64,000 nt of DNA. It comes from Macrostomum lignano. Its lineage: Eukaryota. The stretch is from NCBI GenBank assembly GCA_002269645.1, contig NIVC01002249.1, positions 126,035 through 190,034 on the forward strand, written 5' to 3'. The position numbers and the translations under genes were made by a program. The notes beneath the pieces were generated by a model. That model did not search any database. It was not told where the DNA came from and was given only the letters and a program-made list of their open reading frames with translations. The stretch's first letter is position 1. The number at the start of each line of letters is the position of its first letter. Positions 25,736 to 36,493 of the stretch are shown piece after piece.

Positions 25736-26447
25736 CTCTGTAGACTTGGGTTTTCCAAAAGAATCACCAACAGCAGCCCGTGTCTGCCGCGGGCGCAAGC
25801 CATCATTCTTGAGCATTGAATTTGATCTTACCAGTTGTTATCCCGCATTTTGTACTGCCAGACAGGGGTTTTAAACTAATTACATTTTGTCAAGCTGACC
25901 AGTTAGCATAACCGGTGGCATTATTAATAATAAATAACTTGCTATCCCAAGTTTTCAAATCAAATCGCTTTGTATGAATGTCTAATAAAAGTGCTTTCTG
26001 TCTTAGTCATGTATGTTTAGCGAACTTTTGTGATTTATTTTTGAAAATTTTGTCGCACTACTCGACTTTGTAGCTTAGCATATGCTACTGTCAGTAGCAG
26101 TGGGTTTCGTCGGTATTTAAAAAAAGCATCTACATTCGCTCCAGTTAAATATTATGCTATGATTGCTATTCTGTAATTATAAACTGTTATAATAAAAATT
26201 TAAAAGTTTTGCATCATAGCAGAGCTGGCAGCTGGGCTCTGCTTGGTGCAAATATTGATTTCTATTAATTAATGCTCAATTGTATTTGGCCAGGTATCCA
26301 ATTTGTGCCTTTAAATAACTTTTTTATTTTAATTTGTCTTATCAGCTGACTTTAAACAATTAGTTGGGTAATTCCATTAAAATCTATTTTTAGAAGACAA
26401 CAATGGTGTTAGTGTCTAATATGACAATAATATATTAATAGTAATCG

Positions 26448-26736
26448 ATTACACCTGCCCCAATTGGTCCAGATGTGCAACCTACAGCTCAGCCGCAGCT
26501 ATTGCGCGGCGCATCTGAAGGCTGCGTACGGCTGTTCAGTCCAAGGACTGGGGGGTCGCCACACACACCCTCAATTACCCCAGCTAATGCTGGCACCCAT
26601 TTTACAGCTGGGTGAACTGAAGCAATGCAGAGTTGAGTGTCTTGCTCAAGGACACAAATTGTTCCAGTGGAATCGGGAATCGAACCCCCGACCTTCAAGT
26701 CGTGAGTCCAACGCTCTGACCACTGGGCTGCAACCC
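26448..26736 (-). mobile_element. tRNA-derived SINE, copy 2
   Basis: Reverse complement of the element at 24388-24677, with an A/T-rich (TAT)n-like tail toward 26420. Confidence 0.85.
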
Positions 26737-26742
26737 CCTTTT

Positions 26743-26783
26743 GCCGTAAAGACGGCCTCTTACTGCGAAGACTCAATTTAATG
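26743..26783 (+). other. Spliced-leader (SL) exon-like sequence lacking the SL-RNA intron
   Basis: GCCGTAAAGACGGCCTCTTACTGCGAAGACTCAATTTAATG versus the Macrostomum lignano leader as I recall it (CCGTAAAGACGGTCTCTTACTGCGAAGACTCAATTTATTGCATG): one substitution plus a 4-nt gap. Has the 5' hairpin CCGT-AAAG-ACGG. No GT donor follows. Confidence 0.65.
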
Positions 26784-26860
26784 TCTTGAAATAATATTGC
26801 AATTGCACTGTGCATTGCAGGCATTAACAGTAAAAAGGCCACGCTATTTTTCCCCATGGG

Positions 26861-27872
26861 GAAAGACCACGGGGGGTGTATTACAAATACACACGACCCA
26901 TTTCACGATAGCTCGCAAACCGAATTACCGATTTTCGTAAAAGTTCACCATATGGATCAAAATTTTCCGCCCTTTCCGACGAACTAACTTTCAAAGTCAT
27001 CCGACGTCAGCAACGTCGAGATATTCAACAATTCTTGTCGAAGACACTGGTGGCAAGGACAATCAACAATACACTGTATAAATCTTAATGGTGAATCCAT
27101 ATTGGCTCAATAATCTGGGTCAATCTGTCGTAGAGGCTTTTGTTTTCAGCATCCCAGGCACCAGGGTCCCCTTCATCACCGTCTGGAGCATCGGCGGCGA
27201 CCATCGGGACCTTCAACAAAAGCACCCGATCGGCATCTCACAGACGGCTGCGTTCCCAAAACTGAAATGGAAGAATCCTCTTCAGCATGCAGCATTCAGT
27301 CAGTAGACACAATCGGTGAATGAAATGGACGATGGCGACCCTCTAGGCTGACCTGTAGACATACAGGCGACCTTCGGGACCTTCAACGGAGTGCCACCGC
27401 GCGGCCCTGACGAGCTGGCACCCTTAACATCGTGATTTTTCTATCAAGGCACCAAACCAGGCATGTCTGCATATCACTCCGTTGAAGGTCCCGAAGGTCG
27501 CCTGTATGTCTACAGGTCAGCCTAGAGGGTCGCCATCGTCCATTTCATTCACCGATTGTGTCCACTGACTGAATGCTGCATACAGAAGAGGATTCTTCCA
27601 TTTCAGTTTTGGGAACGCAGCCGTCTGTGAGATGCCGATCGGGTGTTTTTGTTGAAGGTTGAAGGTTGGTGGTTTTTGCCACCGGACACCTCGAGGAGAA
27701 TCGTTGAATATCTCGACGATGCCGATTTTTCGTGATTCTCGAAGTTGCTCTATCGGATAGAGCGGAAAATTTTAGCCCGTGTTCTGGATTTTCATGGCAA
27801 TTGGTTGAATATTTTTGGAGAGCCAGACAAAGGAAAAATGTGTGCATTTGAAATCCACCCCCATGGTCTTTC
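26861..27872. mobile_element. Non-autonomous foldback/MITE-like element with nested inverted repeats
   Basis: Termini GAAAGACCACGGGGGGTG / CACCCCCATGGTCTTTC. Diverged outer arms of about 200 bp. Near-perfect 185-bp inner arms at 27209-27393 and 27475-27659. No ORF; no TSD identified. Confidence 0.75.
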
Positions 27873-28052
27873 TACTGTTAAGTACTCGTAGACTAGATTT
27901 CTTCTGGCATACTGTGTTTTTCATTTAATTTTTGCTACACAACCCTGTCCCAAATCCCTAGTTAGTCTTGTAGCTCGTACATCGGTTGTTATTCTAAATC
28001 CCCCAAATTCCCAAGTCAAAAATTGTAATCCCAAATCCCCAAGTTAGACAGA

Positions 28053-28417
28053 TTTATAGCTCAAATCCCCAAGTTAGATATTGATCCCAAATCCCCAAGT
28101 TAGATATTGATCCCAAATCCCCAAGTTAGATATTGATCCCAAATCCCCAAGTTAGATATTGATCCCAAATCCCCAAGTTAGATATTGATCCCAAATCCCC
28201 AAGTTAGATATTGATCCCAAATCCCCAAGTTAGATATTGATCCCAAATCCCCAAGTTAGATATTGATCCCAAATCCCCAAGTTAGATATTGATCCCAAAT
28301 CCCCAAGTTAGATATTGATCCCAAATCCCCAAGTTAGATATTGATCCCAAATCCCCAAGTTAGATATTGATCCCAAATCCCCAAGTTAGATATTGATCCC
28401 AAATCCCTAAGTTAGAT
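28053..28417. repeat. 26-bp tandem array, about 14 copies
   Basis: Unit TTGATCCCAAATCCCCAAGTTAGATA. Confidence 0.95.
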
Positions 28418-30049
28418 CGACTGTCAACTCATATCCCCAAGACATCGATATTCATCTAAAGTCCCTAATTTTTATCCCAAAGTTCTTTCTTTGAGATAGC
28501 CTTTCTTAAACGAGCTATATATATGTATCTATGTTCAAATAACACACTAGTCAGCCGACAGTGGGGCTGCCTGGAGTATAGTGTTCCAAAAAACTTCTAT
28601 TATTAATGAGGAAATAAAAATATTAGCATTGTTTTTAATACAATGCTAATCATATATCCAATCAATGGTTCTACTTTCGTCTATGGTAAAATCACTGTCT
28701 ATGGCCTCTATGGTCGCTGCGCTCCCCAGGAAGGGACACTCACCCGCCCCACCCTACTCCGCTACATGTATACGACCATAGAGCTTCCCTGCCAGAGCAT
28801 TGGGTTTAAGACAAAGAGAGCAGTAAAATTAACACAAGTCATGCCCGCCGCGCAAATGCAGAGCTGGAGAGCCCACCAGACAAAAGCAATCTACAGGATT
28901 GGCGTTCCATGGTACTGCAGAGAATCACAGAGTCAGGCTTGGATGTTATCACTATTTGTTCACACTGCGCTTCCTGCCCCTCTGTTTAGCCCGTGAAAAC
29001 ATCTGACTAAGCACACATGCGGTCTGACAGTTGATTTACAGTTTTAGTTTTGACTTGTTCGCTATGTGCATCACAAAATGCTAATTCACAGCAGCTCCTT
29101 CTGGGTGAAGGCTATGCAGTGGTTGAGGCCGTTGATAAAACTCTGAGGCTTGGCAAGGTTGCAGTGAGGCGCAGTGCTGATTGGCGCACAGGGGTGTACT
29201 GAATACACTGGCGCTTATGGGAAAAATCCGACCTTCTGGAAGAACTATAAAAAGTAAAAAGTTTTAAGAAGTTCCAATCTTGTATGCAAGTATTTTTATT
29301 TTATGTTCCAAGGATGTCAATTAAATGTTGGAACCTTATAAATACACGTGTATTTATTGCTGCGGTATCAAGATCTGTCAATATCGTATCCGGATAGGAA
29401 TAACCACCTCCGTAACTCTATAATTGCATTGCTATGGTTACCATGCATCAAATTGAAAAGCCAAGCGTGCTCGCGCAGCAAATGAAAAATACGCACAAAG
29501 AAATAAAAGTTCAAGCGGTGTCCTAACAGTTTGCGAGATTAAAATTTAAGTTCTATTCATAAACTGACTGTTTCCTGTTCATCCCACCAGTCCAAATTAG
29601 AGAATTCTTATTCATGCTCGAGGGCAAAGCAGTGCATGCTCAAACGAATTATCCTTCTCAGAGGGCACATGCAAGAAAACATACAATACATGCATGTCTA
29701 CTTTAAATAAAATTACGTCAACATTTTGTAATCCGGAGGGCTTCTCACGAACACTTGCCTCATGCTAGAGCCTCAAGCTCTGCATGTGCGTGCGAGCACC
29801 ATTAGGCCGTCTCCATGGACTTCTCAAAGCTGAGACCAACTCCAAATTATAAGTAGACCTAACCTATAATGAGGAGGCTTAAACCTTATTAAACAGAGGC
29901 AACATAACTGCGTTAGACATCTAAAATCATATTAATCGAATATCTTCAAAAGGCATCCCACGAACTTTCTGAGAAGCCCTTGGCAGAGCACAGAGACGCC
30001 TGAATCAAAACTACAAATAATAATTGTGCGCACTGGGGTAGTTGACTAG

Positions 30050-30684
30050 TTAATTAGGGTCGAACCCCAGTCGGCTAGTACGACTTGTCGACGTTCTCAT
30101 CAGCAGGGTGTCGATTCGTCGACGCTGCACTAATCGACGAATTTCCACGTCGCCAAGGTCCCAATCGTCGCGGGAATCAGCGCCGACGCCGACGCATTCG
30201 CCGCTGCTCCTGTCGAGAGCCTCAGCCAGCGGCAGGAAGCGAATCCGCCGCCTGAGGTCGTCCGTCGAGGCGGCTGCGGCCGGCCCCGCCGCCTGGCGCG
30301 CCGCAAACATCGGTTCTTTATGTCGTCGACGAATTATTGAAGAATTCGACGAAAATGTTGTCGACGAGGCCGACGGCGATGGAGAGTTCGGCCGGGCCGG
30401 CGCCTCATCTGCCTGCGGCGTCGCCGACTGCGGTGGCTGCGGTGTCAGGCTGGGCGCGGAGCGAACTGTTGCGGGCGTCGTCGCGGAGTCGGCAGTCCCG
30501 GCGGGTGCCGTTCTTGTCCGGCGGGTCGACGCCGAGCGACGCTGCGGCGGCTGCTGCGGCGAGTTTGACGGCGGCTCGACGCGTAGGAAATCGCTGCTGC
30601 CGCTGCTCTGCAGGCTGCTGGTTGGGAATTGGAGCCGTCGATTGGATGCCTCAGCTGATGCGACTTGGAGCACCACTGTCTGAG
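30050..30684 (-). CDS. Uncharacterised protein, probable last exon (Ser/Pro/Ala-rich with conserved-looking C-terminus DWDLGDVEIRRLVQRRRIDTLL)
   Basis: GC-rich open frame of about 210 codons in otherwise repetitive or AT-rich DNA. The exact acceptor and phase with the upstream exon are unresolved. Confidence 0.5.
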
Positions 30685-30704
30685 CTGTGCCGCCCCCCTC
30701 CCAG

Positions 30705-30966
30705 ATCCCCAGTTGCTGGGCCACCGCCACTTTCCCAGATCCCCCAACCTCCCAGAGTGTCAGTTGCTGGGCCAGCCTCCCAGATCCTCAGTTGCTGGGC
30801 CAGCCTCCCAGAGTGTCAGTTGCTGGGCCAGCCTCCCATATCCTCAGTTGCTGGGTTAGCCTCCCATATCCTCAGTTGCTGGGCCAGCCTCCCATATCCT
30901 CAGTTGCTGGGTTAGCCTCCCATATCCCCAGTTGCTGGGCCAGCCCAGATCCTCAGTTGCTGGGCC
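30705..30966. repeat. 28-bp intronic minisatellite (TCCTCAGTTGCTGGGCCAGCCTCCCATA)
   Basis: About 9 copies between the two minus-strand exons. Confidence 0.85.
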
Positions 30967-31062
30967 ACCTGTCCAAATCCCCGTTCTGTTTTCGCACCTA
31001 TTTGCACCGAGGAGCATCAATGGTTTTATGTTTTATGACCGCAGAGTGAATCCGCAACTCAC

Positions 31063-31559
31063 GAGGACGCGTAGCTGGCCTGCTCGCTCCACCGGTGCTT
31101 CGCGATCACCTTCTCAGCCAGTTTCGAGGACCGACGATTCGAGCGCGGACCGGCGCACGGCGCGGCCTCCTGGGTGCGCGCCACGGACAAGCGGCTCTTC
31201 ATGTCGGCCACCGGAGGCGAGCCGGCCGACCCGCAGCTGGCGGCCGTGGCGGTGGCGCGGCCACCCTTCGGCTTGAAGCAGCTCCGCCTGCGGTACTCGG
31301 GCGCGTAGCTGCCCAGGTCGAAATCCGACGACCTGCTGTCCACCGTGTCGGTGTCGCGCAGGTTCTGGCAGACGTGCCAGACGGTGGACTTGTCGCCGCC
31401 CAGCACCCGGCTGACGATCTCTCGCTCCTCTTCAGACAGCGATCGAAGTCGGGATCCGCAGATGTCGCCACCAACAATTCCGCTGACGGCGCTGCTGATG
31501 CTGAACTCCGGCCGTTTGGCACGAGCTTGCCGCTGCTGCCGCTGCGCCGGGTTGGTCAT
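31063..31559 (-). CDS. Uncharacterised protein, upstream exon
   Basis: ORF MTNPAQRQQ...LRSLSEEEREIVSRVLGGDK...ASYAS, followed by donor GTGAGT at 31062. Confidence 0.5.
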
Positions 31560-31827
31560 GCTGTGGCGCGGCAGGTGGCTGGATGACTGAACAACTGGCC
31601 TCAAACTGATCGATGGACTTGGCTAGTGTCATCCCCTGCTGCCGCTGTGGCTGTGCGAGAAATTGCAGCTGCTGATTTTGTTAACTTTGACCATAGAGCT
31701 CAGGGTGTTCTATAAATAGCATCTGGACTGCGTTTTATCACATGGATGTCAAAATTCAGTGGCGGGTGACTTGCGATGTTCAAGTATACTTTTTCAGCGA
31801 GCAGTCCATCTTCCCTCTCTGTCTCAT

Positions 31828-33620
31828 CTGCTCACCCTCTCCTCTGCCTCACCCTCTCTCCCTCTCGTCTTCCTCACCCTCTGCTTTGCCTTACCATCTC
31901 CTCTGCCTCACCCTCTCTCTCTGCTCACCCTCTCCTCTGCCTCACCCTCTCCTCTGCCTCACCCTCTCCTCTGCCTCACCCTCTCCTCTGCCTCACCCTC
32001 TCCTCTGCCTCACCCTCTCCTCTGCCTCACCCTCTCCTTCGCCTCACCCTCTCCTCTGCCTCACCCTCTCTCTCTGCTCACCCTCTCCTCTGCCTCACCC
32101 TCTCCTCTGCCTCACCCTCTCCTCTGCCTCACCCTCTCCTCTGCCTCACCCTCTCCTCTGCCTCACCCTCTCCTCTGCCTCACCCTCTCCTCTGCCTCAC
32201 CCTCTCCTTCGCCTCACCCTCTCTTCTGCCTCACCCTCTCCTCTGCCTCACCCTCTCCTCTGCCTCACCCTCTCCTCTGCCTCACCCTCTCCTCTGCCTC
32301 ACCCTCTCCTCTGCCTCACCCTCTCCTCTGCCTCACCCTCTCCTCTGCCTCACCCTCTCCTCTGCCTCACCCTCTCCTCTGCCTCACCCTCTCCTCTGCC
32401 TCACCCTCTCCTCTGCCTCACCCTCTCCTCTGCCTCACCCTCTCCTCTGCCTCACCCTCTCCTCTGCCTCACCCTCTCCTCTGCCTCACCCTCTCCTCTG
32501 CCTCACCCTCTCCTCTGCCTCACCCTCTCCTCTGCCTCACCCTCTCCTCTGCCTCACCCTCTCCTCTGCCTCACCCTCTCCTCTGCCTCACCCTCTCCTC
32601 TGCCTCACCCTCTCCTCTGCCTCACCCTCTCTTCTGCCTCACCCTCTCCTCTGCCTCACCCTCTCCTCTGCCTCACCCTCTCCTCTGCCTCACCCTCTCT
32701 TCTGCCTCACCCTCTCCTCTGCCTCACCCTCTCCTCTTCCTCACCCTCTCCTCTGCCTCACCCTCTCCTCTGCCTCACCCTCTCCTCTGCCTCACCCTCT
32801 CCTCTGCCTCACCCTCTCTCTCTGCTCACCCTCTCCTCTGCCTCACCCTCTCCTCTGCCTCACCCTCTCCTCTGCCTCACCCTCTCCTCTGCCTCACCCT
32901 CTCCTCTGCCTCACCCTCTCCTCTGCCTCACCCTCTCCTCTGCCTCACCCTCTCCTCTGCCTCACCCTCTCCTCTGCCTCACCCTCTCCTCTGCCTCACC
33001 CTCTCCTCTGCCTCACTATCTCCTCTGCCTCACCCTCTCTCTCTGCTCACCCTCTCCTCTGCCTCACCCTCTCCTCTGCCTCACCCTCTCCTCTGCCTCA
33101 CCCTCTCCTCTGCCTCACCCTCTCCTCTGCCTCACCCTCTCCTCTGCCTCACCCTCTCCTCTGCCTCACCCTCTCCTCTGCCTCACCCTCTCCTTCGCCT
33201 CACCCTCTCTTCTGCCTCACCCTCTCCTCTGCCTCACCCTCTCCTCTGCCTCACCCTCTCCTCTGCCTCACCCTCTCCTCTGCCTCACCCTCTCCTCTGC
33301 CTCACCCTCTCCTCTGCCTCACCCTCTCCTCTGCCTCACCCTCTCCTCTGCCTCACCCTCTCCTCTGCCTCACCCTCTCCTCTGCCTCACCCTCTCCTCT
33401 GCCTCACCCTCTCCTCTGCCTCACCCTCTCCTCTGCCTCACCCTCTCCTCTGCCTCACCCTATCCTTCGCCTCACCCTCTCCTCTGCCTCACCCTCTCCT
33501 CTGCCTCACCCTCTCCTCTGCCTCACCCTCTCCTCTGCCTCACCCTCTCCTCTGCCTCACCCTCTCCTCTGCCTCACCCTCTCCTCTGCTCTCCTTCTCC
33601 CCTGCCTCACCCTCTCTCCC
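31828..33620. repeat. 17-bp tandem array (CTCTGCCTCACCCTCTC), about 100 copies
   Basis: Stop-free 17-mer that produces 640-aa pseudo-ORFs in all three plus frames. Confidence 0.97.
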
Positions 33621-34528
33621 TCCGCTTTTCTATCTGCATCTTCCAAAAGCTGCCCATTATTTAGCATCGGGGCAGTAGAATTGATGTCTCATTTGTATCT
33701 TCTGTAGAAATTATCATGAAAAAATAATGCGAAAAAGCATTCAAGGATTTCACTCAAAAAAATTGTCAAAATTACTCAATATCTCGATTTCTAATCGAGA
33801 GGATTGCTAATCTATCCAACATGAATGAAGACACAGAACAGTTTGCTCATTTAACAGACAGGTACAAGTGATGAAAGTTGAGGCCAAGGACTACTAGACT
33901 AGAACGAATATATAACGAAGTGTTCCTAGTGGTCCTTGGTTGAGGCGGGCTGGGCACTCCCCAGAAGCAATATATGCTTCCCGTCACAGTCTGCAAGGGA
34001 CAGAAAGCGGAAACTTGAGCTGGCCGTCACACCGCACAGTTTGGCTTCCTCTTCTTCGACGCTGCTGCCCCCATGCAGACTCCCCCTCATCATAATCCTA
34101 TTTTTAACTGGAGGCCACAGAGAGGCCTAACGGAGTCCTCGTAGTTTACTCTTAGTTTTCCCTTCCATCTCTCTCCCTCCCTCCCCTCCTAGCAAGGTAG
34201 CTACTTAGCTCCTGGTGCCCAAACTGCGTGGCAACAGACAGCGCTGCCACTCCCTCACTCCCCTCTCCATCAGCCGTCACCCAGCCTCCATAGACAGCTC
34301 CGCGCCAATACAAGCCGCTATATAGAATTATAAATTTTGAATTCCTCTCTCAATTCATCCAATAGAACTGAACTCTGAACTCAAATGAAACGCAGCAACA
34401 GCCCTCTGCTGCAGCATCCGCAGGCATTGCCGCCTCAGTTATCTAAGCTGGAGTTTCGCCGCAGCTCAGCACCGCAGCATCATCGCCTGTTGGCCTGCCG
34501 CTGCCGCTGCAGAGCGGCTCAGCTTCCC

Positions 34529-34748
34529 ATGAGCTTTCTTCATCATTTCCTACCGAGCTATCGACAGTTAGTTTACATTGTCGCAGTTGCACTGCTGTGC
34601 TACATCAGCTATCAGCAGCGCTGGGTCTACGTGACCTGGGATGACCCCGACTCGCCGGCCAGCCAGCAGCGGCAGCAGCAGAGCCGGGAGGAACTCCACC
34701 GGCTGCAGGCGGTCCGACACGTGCAGCAGCAGGCGCTGGGGCTGAAGG
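34529..34748 (+). CDS. GT32-family (DxD) glycosyltransferase, exon 1 (type II membrane anchor)
   Basis: MSFLHHFLPSYRQLVYIVAVALLCYISYQQRW contains an N-terminal TM helix. A phase-1 donor at 34749 (alternatively 34761) matches exon 2. Confidence 0.6.
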
Positions 34749-34851
34749 GTCTGTCAAGGGGTTGGTGCCAGGTTTCCAATGTGGAGCTGTTGTGCCTCAG
34801 CTAATCAGGATCGCAAATACCTGCATGTACCTACATGTCTATAGATAAATA

Positions 34852-35830
34852 CTAGCAATCTAGTGCCCCCTTCGGGGCGCCCAAATGGCAAAGAGCAAGA
34901 ATTATTCATGCAAATTAATTAAAAAAGCACATCTCCTTCTTCAGATTTTTAAATCACCTTAATAATGTAAAAATTGTCACGGACAAAGATTTTTGCTATG
35001 AATCTCTTCTAAAGCCTCAACAAAGATAACAGGCGTCCCCCCTAAATAGAAAGCATCCCCAAGACAACAAGCACCCACCCACCCCCTCCCAAATAGCAAG
35101 CATCCCCCGATAGCAAGCATCCCCAGATAGCAAGCATCCCCCGATAGCAAGCATCCCCCGATAGCAAGCATCCCTCGATGGCAAGCACCCCCAGATAGCA
35201 AGCATCCCCCCATAGCAAGCATCCCCCGATAGCAAGCATCCCCCGATGGCAAGCACCCCCAGATAGCAAGCATCCCCCCGATAGCAAGCATCCCCCGATG
35301 GCAAGCACCCCAGATAGCAAGCATCCCACCATAGCAAGCATCCCCCCATAGCAAGCATCCCCCCATAGCAAGCATCCCCCGATAGCAAGCATCCCCCGAT
35401 AGCAAGCATCCCCCCATAGCAAGCATCCCCGATAGCAAGCATCCCCCGATGGCAAGCACCCCCAGATAGCAAGCACTCCAGATAGCAAGCATCCCCCCAT
35501 AGCAAGCATCCCCCGATAGCAAGCATCCCCCGATAGCAAGCATCCCCCGATAGCAAGCATCCCCCCATAGCAAGCATCCCCCGATAGCAAGCATCCCCCG
35601 ATGGCAAGCACCCCCAGATAGCAAGCACTCCAGATAGCAAGCATCCCCCATAGCAAGCATCCCCCCGATAGCAAGCATCCCCCCGATAGCAAGCACTCCA
35701 GATAGCAAGCATCCCGCAGATAGAAAGCTTCCTTCGATAGCAACCCCCCCCCCCCCAAATACGAGCTACAATAGCAAGCAGCCCCCCTGATATAGATAAA
35801 CATATATTCGCAGGGGGCTGTGCGGGCGCC
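34852..35830 (-). mobile_element. Probable non-autonomous Helitron carrying a minisatellite
   Basis: The minus strand ends with hairpin GCCCC-GAAG-GGGGC (34865-34878), about 10 nt, then CTAG followed by T (34852-34855), the canonical Helitron 3' end. A second hairpin lies at 35779-35820. The 5' boundary is uncertain. Confidence 0.45.
35090..35715. repeat. ~18-bp minisatellite (GATAGCAAGCATCCCCC)
   Basis: About 33 copies with variable C-run length. Confidence 0.92.
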
Positions 35831-36179
35831 CTTGCGCAACGCCTTTGGCGATATCGTCCTAAAGTCCCACAAACCAACGCTGAGGCAATTCTGCCCATTC
35901 CGCTGCCTCCTGAGCACAGACAAGCGCGCCAATACTGTACGCAGGCACTGCACTCATGCACATGCTCACACAGGGTGTACATCGGCCCTTTGACTTTCTA
36001 ATCGTCAGGCATGTACACTCTCTGCGTCTTGTAGTTGATCCTCATGGCTGTGAATCGCACGGAAAGCCACTGGCCACTGAAATACCGAATGTACATTGGA
36101 ACAGCTAGATTAGGGAGGGAATTCCGAGTGTTCTAGAGAATTGTTACTTAGCACACTCCAGCTAGATTTGGGAATTCTT

Positions 36180-36399
36180 AATGTACGCCAGATCAACTAG
36201 AAAGGGGGGTCCCTAATGTACACTATATCAACTAGAATGGGGAATCCCGAATGTACACTATATCAACTAGAATGGGGAATCCCGAATGTACACTATATCA
36301 ACTAGAATGGGGAATCCCGAATGTACACTTTATCAACTAGAATGGGGAATCCCGAATGTACACCGGATCAACTAGAATGGGGAATCCCGAACGTACACT
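36180..36399. repeat. 35-bp minisatellite, left part (AATGTACACTATATCAACTAGAATGGGGAATCCCG)
   Basis: The same unit resumes at 42291 on the other side of the LINE. Confidence 0.9.
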
Positions 36400-36493
36400 T
36401 TGACTTTGACTTAGCTGCAGGGCTGTCCCGGAGGGAACACAGCGGGAAGGCGCGGGCGCCCATTCCGCTAATCCCTGTACGGCCGACGCGTCG

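Noticed and set aside
27394-27474. CTGACGA in the palindrome spacer as a hammerhead ribozyme core
   Set aside because: No correctly placed GAAA or stem II/III partners.
31742-33707. Three 640-aa ORFs in all plus frames
   Set aside because: Product of a stop-free 17-bp tandem repeat; no coding signature.
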